A stretch of DNA of 63,561 nt, the filler included, from Vannella sp. (taxonomy: Eukaryota): assembly GCA_023345925.1 (NCBI GenBank). It is 7 parts of 7 records of this genome, joined end to end, with 100 filler letters (N's around TTAATTAATTAA, not from the genome) between each part and the next. Parts side by side here need not be neighbours in the genome. Positions count along the whole stretch, not along the records: positions 58,499 to 63,561 come from JAJQQN010000691.1; 6 more parts are not named here. One strand, given 5' to 3'. The position numbers and the translations under genes are program-made. This document shows positions 58,665-63,561 of the stretch, one piece after another; within the stretch, counting starts at the first letter, position 1, and the number at the start of each line of letters is the position of its first letter. The notes below the pieces were generated by a model. The model searched no databases. It was not told where the DNA came from and saw nothing but the letters and a program-made list of their open reading frames with translations.

Positions 58665-59660
58665 TTATTCTTCTTTCTTCGTGGTTTTCCAGTCATTTTG
58701 CTTCGAGAGCTTCCAAATCAATTTGGGGCATCCCCTTTCCTTTAGTTCCTCAACCCTTGAATTCCATTTGGCCTTGTAACGATAAAAGGGAATTTTGGGG
58801 TGCAAGTGATGGATCATGTGATAGTTTTGGTAATGGAGAAACGCTGTGAGCAAAGGCTCTAAGAAGGAATACGTCTCTATGTTTGAAGTTGTCTGATAGC
58901 GATCTTCTACGGGTGTCGTATGGTGGCGATAATGAGGAAGGAAGTCAAAAAAAAATACCAAAAGTCCATGGCAAAAGAAGCTGGGGAGAATCCAGTAGTA
59001 ATACACCTGGTAAAAGCACCCAAAATCGTACGATAAAACACAAACCAGAAGATTCAGTGTAAGATCCACAACGCATTCCACTTTTTCAGCCAAAGTGACT
59101 TCTCCTCCGTCCAAAGAGTTCAGCAAGAACACAACATACTGAGCAATAGTGGTAAACCAACGTAGAGGAAGGAGGAAAGTAGGGCCCCCACAGGCATACT
59201 TGTCCGGATCTCGGTCAGGATGGTTCGTAAACTTGTGGTGTTGCAGATGGAGGAACCTCCAGCCAGCGAATACAGCAATAGGGCCCATGAACTCAAAGGA
59301 GAGGCGTCCAACAAGTCCATTAATGAAGGAGTTACTGGACACACTGCCATGGGCTGAGTCATGACCGGGTGTGAAGATCATAAACTGAAGGATAGAAAGG
59401 AGAGCCACCAACGTGACAGTAGAAAGAACGTTATTCAAACCACACCAAACAAGAAACGCATACACAATGCACTCAGCAGCGAAGCAAAGGAGAGTTGGCA
59501 AGGACATCAGAGGAATCATCAGCAAAACCGACCGCAACCAAGGCGATTGCACATCCGCCAGCGGATCCTCCTTCCCAGAAGTAAAGGCACGGTAGTCTAC
59601 CAGCCAGTCCTCCGAAGAACAAGTCCCCAGCACGAATTGAAGGTATCGGCCAACCCCCAT
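58665..59660 (-). CDS. Membrane di-iron desaturase/hydroxylase, CrtR (beta-carotene hydroxylase)-like, intronless
   Basis: His boxes HDSAH, HLQHH and HMIHH; contexts HLQHHKFTNHPDRDPD, FFDFLPH and QNYHMIHHLHPKIPFYRY resemble the CrtR-like family. Confidence 0.75.
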   Translation of the reverse strand: MGVGRYLQFVLGTCSSEDWLVDYRAFTSGKEDPLADVQSPWLRSVLLMIPLMSLPTLLCFAAECIVYAFLVWCGLNNVLSTVTLVALLSILQFMIFTPGHDSAHGSVSSNSFINGLVGRLSFEFMGPIAVFAGWRFLHLQHHKFTNHPDRDPDKYACGGPTFLLPLRWFTTIAQYVVFLLNSLDGGEVTLAEKVECVVDLTLNLLVCVLSYDFGCFYQVYYYWILPSFFCHGLLVFFFDFLPHYRHHTTPVEDRYQTTSNIETYSFLEPLLTAFLHYQNYHMIHHLHPKIPFYRYKAKWNSRVEELKERGCPKLIWKLSKQNDWKTTKKEE

Positions 59661-59816
59661 CGCCCGGAGGGCTCCAAAAAGTGCTCATTTAAGCCCCCCC
59701 AGTGGTAACAGGCCCTTTAGTTCCCTTCATTGTGGCCTAGAAATCAGTTTACAGGTAGCCATTTCATTGTGGGGGCGTTGGTGATGGCGGGCGGACGGTT
59801 TTTGATTCATCATGTG

Positions 59817-61052
59817 ATGCCAGCGAGCTTGTTCCCGTACGGGAGCAAGCTCAGTGTTGGGCTGGAGTGTTGTGATGGTGTGGTGGTGAGCAACTTTGTG
59901 TTTGGGCGGGAGCAGAGCTCCGTGGACTTCTGCAAGGCGAACTCTTCGTGCTTCCAGGGTAACGTCGACTGTGTTCTGCTGGAGGTTCATGGATCTGAGA
60001 ATGGAGGAGAGGAGCTTGACATCTTGTTTGAGTTTGCCAGCCGCTTCTCTAAGGGCGAGTCGAACGAGCAGGGGGGAAGCTTGGTGGTTATCATCCACCG
60101 CCCAGAGGAGTTCATCCTCAGGACTGCTCACACGAAGCAAATGAGCGTCTCAGAAGCAAAAGAACTCTTATCAAGCAAGCTGTGCGATGTTGGACACGTC
60201 GTTCTTCTCTTAGAGACTGCCATTGAGGACCTTGGGTACTCAACAATGCTCCCTGGAAGAGTTTCAGCGATCCCACATGGAGCTTTTGCAGCCCAGGAAG
60301 TCTCATTGGAGGATTGGAGAGTATCTAAGGATTCTGTGGTCTTTGTAGGCTCCAGAACCACTTGGGGCGAAATGAGGAATGTCAGCGACGTCCTCTCTCT
60401 GGTTGAAGAGGTTAACACGCAGAACCATGAGCTCAAGGTTGTAGGATACGCCGCTGGTAGCTTTGACAAACGCATCTGTTTGGACGATTTCGAGAAGGAC
60501 TCCCGTTATCTTGTCTTGAAGAACTCAGTCATCCTGGAGGCATCTCCTTTCCCATCAGAGCAATCTTTTAGAGAATGGGTTTGGAAAACAGGTGCTGGAA
60601 GAGTCATTGTCCGTCCTGACTCATTCGAAGGGAGTGAGTACCAGCAACTCACTCTGTGGGAGGGCCAGTGCGTTGACTTTAATGTTCAAATGTACCACGA
60701 AAATCCCGACTTGGCTTATCTGCGCGAGGATCCAAAGGCGCCAAAGTATGAGGCCAGCGGGACTCTCCACCAAGGAAAGGCAGAAATCTTTATTGTCTCG
60801 GACTCTCCGTGTATGAGACAAGACGTCAGCGGGCGTGAGGGATACCAAATGCTTTTTGTTCCTTTCTGTGACAGAGTTTTCAATTATGCGAGTGCTGCGA
60901 GTGAAATCGCTGGAGTTATCAAATCTCCCGCACACCGATTGACAATGCTGGAATCCAACTTCCAGGTTTCGCTTTCTCTTGGAATGAAAGAGGTGGCCTC
61001 AAGATATCTTCAATTGATGCGTTCTCTGGTGTCTGGAGCAAAGCTCGCTTAA
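59817..61052 (+). CDS. Putative GT-B (GT4-like) glycosyltransferase, divergent, intronless (start 59784 or 59817)
   Basis: LVVIIH, VSAIPHG, ASGTLH, IVSDSP and a C-terminal helix MKEVASRYLQL match the GT4 layout. Confidence 0.55.
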   Translation: MPASLFPYGSKLSVGLECCDGVVVSNFVFGREQSSVDFCKANSSCFQGNVDCVLLEVHGSENGGEELDILFEFASRFSKGESNEQGGSLVVIIHRPEEFILRTAHTKQMSVSEAKELLSSKLCDVGHVVLLLETAIEDLGYSTMLPGRVSAIPHGAFAAQEVSLEDWRVSKDSVVFVGSRTTWGEMRNVSDVLSLVEEVNTQNHELKVVGYAAGSFDKRICLDDFEKDSRYLVLKNSVILEASPFPSEQSFREWVWKTGAGRVIVRPDSFEGSEYQQLTLWEGQCVDFNVQMYHENPDLAYLREDPKAPKYEASGTLHQGKAEIFIVSDSPCMRQDVSGREGYQMLFVPFCDRVFNYASAASEIAGVIKSPAHRLTMLESNFQVSLSLGMKEVASRYLQLMRSLVSGAKLA

Positions 61053-61563
61053 TTCCTTCATAAAAGCCTCAATCTGAAGTAAAGAGTTCTCTCTCTCCCT
61101 CGGGCATCGCCAGTCTCTTCTTGAGAAAAGGATGGCGCATTGACGGCTGTTATCTGATAAGAAGGGGATTCCTTGGAGTGGAGGTCCTTTTCACTCTCTT
61201 CTTTGGACGAGCGCCTCTATTTTTTATTCATCTTAACCTCCACCGGTTTGTGACATGATACAAAGCACTATCAACTGGGGGCTAGGTCTTGTTCCTGCTG
61301 TTGAAGGGGTTCTCCTTCCATGAATGCTATTGAGAACTCTCGCACCACAGGATAGGTTCCTCATTTCATCCCAGTGTCCGGCAAAATTCTCAGTTTGCAG
61401 CTTGAAAGTGAACGTCGGCCTTTCGAATCTCGAGCAGCTTCTAGAGCTATCTAGAAACGCCGCTTCTGGGAAGAGCCGTCGCGCATCTCGATCATTCTGA
61501 GAAAATGCAAACGCCTCGTTTGCCGGGCGTTTTCTCTCTTGCTTACTTCAAAGGCATTACGGC

Positions 61564-63561
61564 ATGTCTGACAGAGGAGAGAGTGAAGGGTTGGAAGGTC
61601 TCCCTGTGGCCAGGAAGGAGGGGATGCGTCCTTTGAAAGTTCCATTTCTCTCCCTCTCGAGCCCTTCGCCCCCACGAGCGACGTTACTGAAGTCTGAACT
61701 GGTTCGATCCAAGTCTCCAGCGTCTCCTAGACTGCAAGCCTTCCCCAGCGACTCGAACACGGAGAAATCAGTAGAGGATGTCGACGACTCTCTTCTGCTG
61801 TGGGAGATGCTGCCTTTAGCGATACTCCAGGTTAAGAGCTCCACAGGAGCTGTTGAGAGGCAGAACTTGGCGGCGCAACAGCTACTGGGGACGATCTTCT
61901 CACTAACTGCCATCCTCCCCCTGGAAGTCCTCCGCGCATCTGCCACGCCCAGCAATCAGATTGGTTCAATAAGAGGTGAAACACTAGATGGTCCTATAGT
62001 ACACCATATCACTGCCGAGGGGAGAGCGCTACACGTCACTATCCAAGTTCTCCATTCCAGTTCTTCAACAACAACCTTCGCCATTCACAATCAGACAGTT
62101 CTGGCTGCTGCAATCGAGAGAGATAAGCAAAGTTATAAGCAAAAGAACATCTTGGATAGCCTGACTTGCTGCACGGCCATCTTCTCGGCGAAAGGAGAGA
62201 CAATGGAAGTGAATCGTGCTGCGCTCTCCTTCTTTGGCGGCCTCTCGCTTGATGAAGCCAAATGCACTAACATAAGTGATCTATTTGAAGTGAGAGAGGA
62301 CTGGACCCAAGAGAGCCACATCGAAGTGCACAGTAAAGAGAGAGTTGGAATCCCTCGCCTTGTCAGCTTGGACATCTTCACCTGCTCACCTCAAGACACA
62401 CCTCCACATCTTAGCAGAGAGGAAACTACCAATCGAATGTACATGATCATATTCAAGGACATGGAAGGAAGCAGAAGCCAACTACTGGACCTCCAAGACA
62501 AGTTACTAACCCAAAAAGAGCAGTTACGCCAAAGCGCAATGCAGGATGTTCTCCAAAAGAGCTGGAACTCTCTCTTTATAGCCTCTGATGCAAGTTCAAG
62601 GGCAAACTTGGACATGATAAGTGATCTTTGCCTTTCCATGGAAAGAGTCATTCTTAAAGAAGGTCCAGAAGCTGGTCTTTCCATCCTAGCGGAGATCAAA
62701 ATGATCAAAAAGTCTTCTTTCAATCTGGGAATCTTCCAAAAGGACCTCTGCGAGGTGATGGATCTGGAATCAAGGTGTGAATTGGCTCCAGTGGATGCGG
62801 GGAAGTTCCTTTTCAGTGCAATGAAGATCTTTAAGCACTCTTGCTTCCAGCAGATGCAAGAGATCCAAGTGAATCATTTCATTCCTGATGAGGTTCGACT
62901 TATAATCACTTATCCTCCTTATCTTCGCCAGATCATCCATCTTCTCTTGCTCAATGTCTACAACAAGAACAGGAACAACACATTGAACATCTCTATTCTT
63001 GAACGACACCACCCATCTCACGTTGAAGGCCGCTTGAAGATAGAAATCTCTGCTCTTCATTTCGAATCAAAACTGCCACTGCCTCAGCTACAAGAGCTTC
63101 TGAGAGCTGACTCACTCAACCTTGAAGAGTCTATTATGCTTCAAAACGAATTTTTGATGGTGAAGAAGCTATCAGAGGCGATAGAATGCCAAATCAGTGT
63201 CATCGCTGGAGAAGGAACCGGATGCGTTATCACACTAAGTCTCCCAGAGCGCAAGATTCTTTTGTCTCGATCAGCTTGCTCTGAAGTACCCCGCAAGACA
63301 GTGAGACGAGATAGCGGGGGTGATCATACGCTGGTTATTAAGAACGAACAAAGTGAATCGGAACATGCCATGAGCGTTCGGCGCCTTTCTAGTGGCTTGT
63401 CTATGTCCTTGGGACAGGAATCCCACGTAGAAAGCTATCATTGTCTGGCTGTTGATGACAATAAGATGAACTTGCTGATGATCAAACGCATCTTGCAGTC
63501 TGTTGGATTCACTGTAACTCTGGCTAGCGACGGCTACGAAGCCCAGAAGATTATTGAGAAA
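61564..63561 (+). CDS. PAS-PAS-degenerate histidine kinase-receiver hybrid protein, runs off window end (absent from the ORF track)
   Basis: Frame +1 is open from ATG 61564 to the end. PAS-like WEMLPLAILQV...QNLAAQQLLG and ILDSLTCCTAIFSAKGETMEVNRAALSFFG; HATPase remnants YLRQIIHLLLLN and QISVIAGEGTGCVITLSLP; REC start HCLAVDDNKMNLLMIKRILQSVGFTVTLASDGYEA. Confidence 0.85.
   Translation, partial: MSDRGESEGLEGLPVARKEGMRPLKVPFLSLSSPSPPRATLLKSELVRSKSPASPRLQAFPSDSNTEKSVEDVDDSLLLWEMLPLAILQVKSSTGAVERQNLAAQQLLGTIFSLTAILPLEVLRASATPSNQIGSIRGETLDGPIVHHITAEGRALHVTIQVLHSSSSTTTFAIHNQTVLAAAIERDKQSYKQKNILDSLTCCTAIFSAKGETMEVNRAALSFFGGLSLDEAKCTNISDLFEVREDWTQESHIEVHSKERVGIPRLVSLDIFTCSPQDTPPHLSREETTNRMYMIIFKDMEGSRSQLLDLQDKLLTQKEQLRQSAMQDVLQKSWNSLFIASDASSRANLDMISDLCLSMERVILKEGPEAGLSILAEIKMIKKSSFNLGIFQKDLCEVMDLESRCELAPVDAGKFLFSAMKIFKHSCFQQMQEIQVNHFIPDEVRLIITYPPYLRQIIHLLLLNVYNKNRNNTLNISILERHHPSHVEGRLKIEISALHFESKLPLPQLQELLRADSLNLEESIMLQNEFLMVKKLSEAIECQISVIAGEGTGCVITLSLPERKILLSRSACSEVPRKTVRRDSGGDHTLVIKNEQSESEHAMSVRRLSSGLSMSLGQESHVESYHCLAVDDNKMNLLMIKRILQSVGFTVTLASDGYEAQKIIEK

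Noticed and set aside
1..63561. rRNA, tRNA, CRISPR arrays, intact transposase or reverse transcriptase
   Set aside because: None recognised by eye; a covariance-model scan would be needed to exclude small RNAs.

Overview
This window is eukaryotic DNA, probably from a free-living protist (Amoebozoa-like gene content is my inference, not a taxonomic result). It is not one locus. It holds seven contigs joined by six artificial 100-nt spacers (N-run/TTAATTAATTAA/N-run), so linkage across spacers means nothing. The genome is very compact: intergenic gaps are often 50-200 bp, and the introns I traced are short GT-AG introns (about 45-75 nt, CTAAC/CTGAC branch points) in the standard genetic code. 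Recognisable eukaryotic genes are Piezo, MAT1, an RCC1/HERC-like giant protein, AP-5 beta, RPL32, SF3A1, a kinesin-1-like motor with a PH tail, an Mch1/nodulin MFS transporter and a GPS-motif surface protein. The notable content is sensory and pigment related: (i) an intronless bacterial-type beta-carotene ketolase (CrtW) directly upstream of the spliced Piezo gene; (ii) a CrtR-like carotene hydroxylase/desaturase paired head-to-head with a glycosyltransferase; (iii) a spliced biliverdin-type phytochrome (PAS-GAF-PHY-HK-REC); (iv) tandem ankyrin-DUF2199 genes, one of which carries PH and FixL-type heme-PAS domains; (v) a PAS-PAS-pseudo-histidine-kinase-REC gene missing from the ORF track; (vi) a Crinkler-like NTPase-endonuclease behind a perfect heat-shock element. 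All family calls come from motif recognition by eye; no searches were run.
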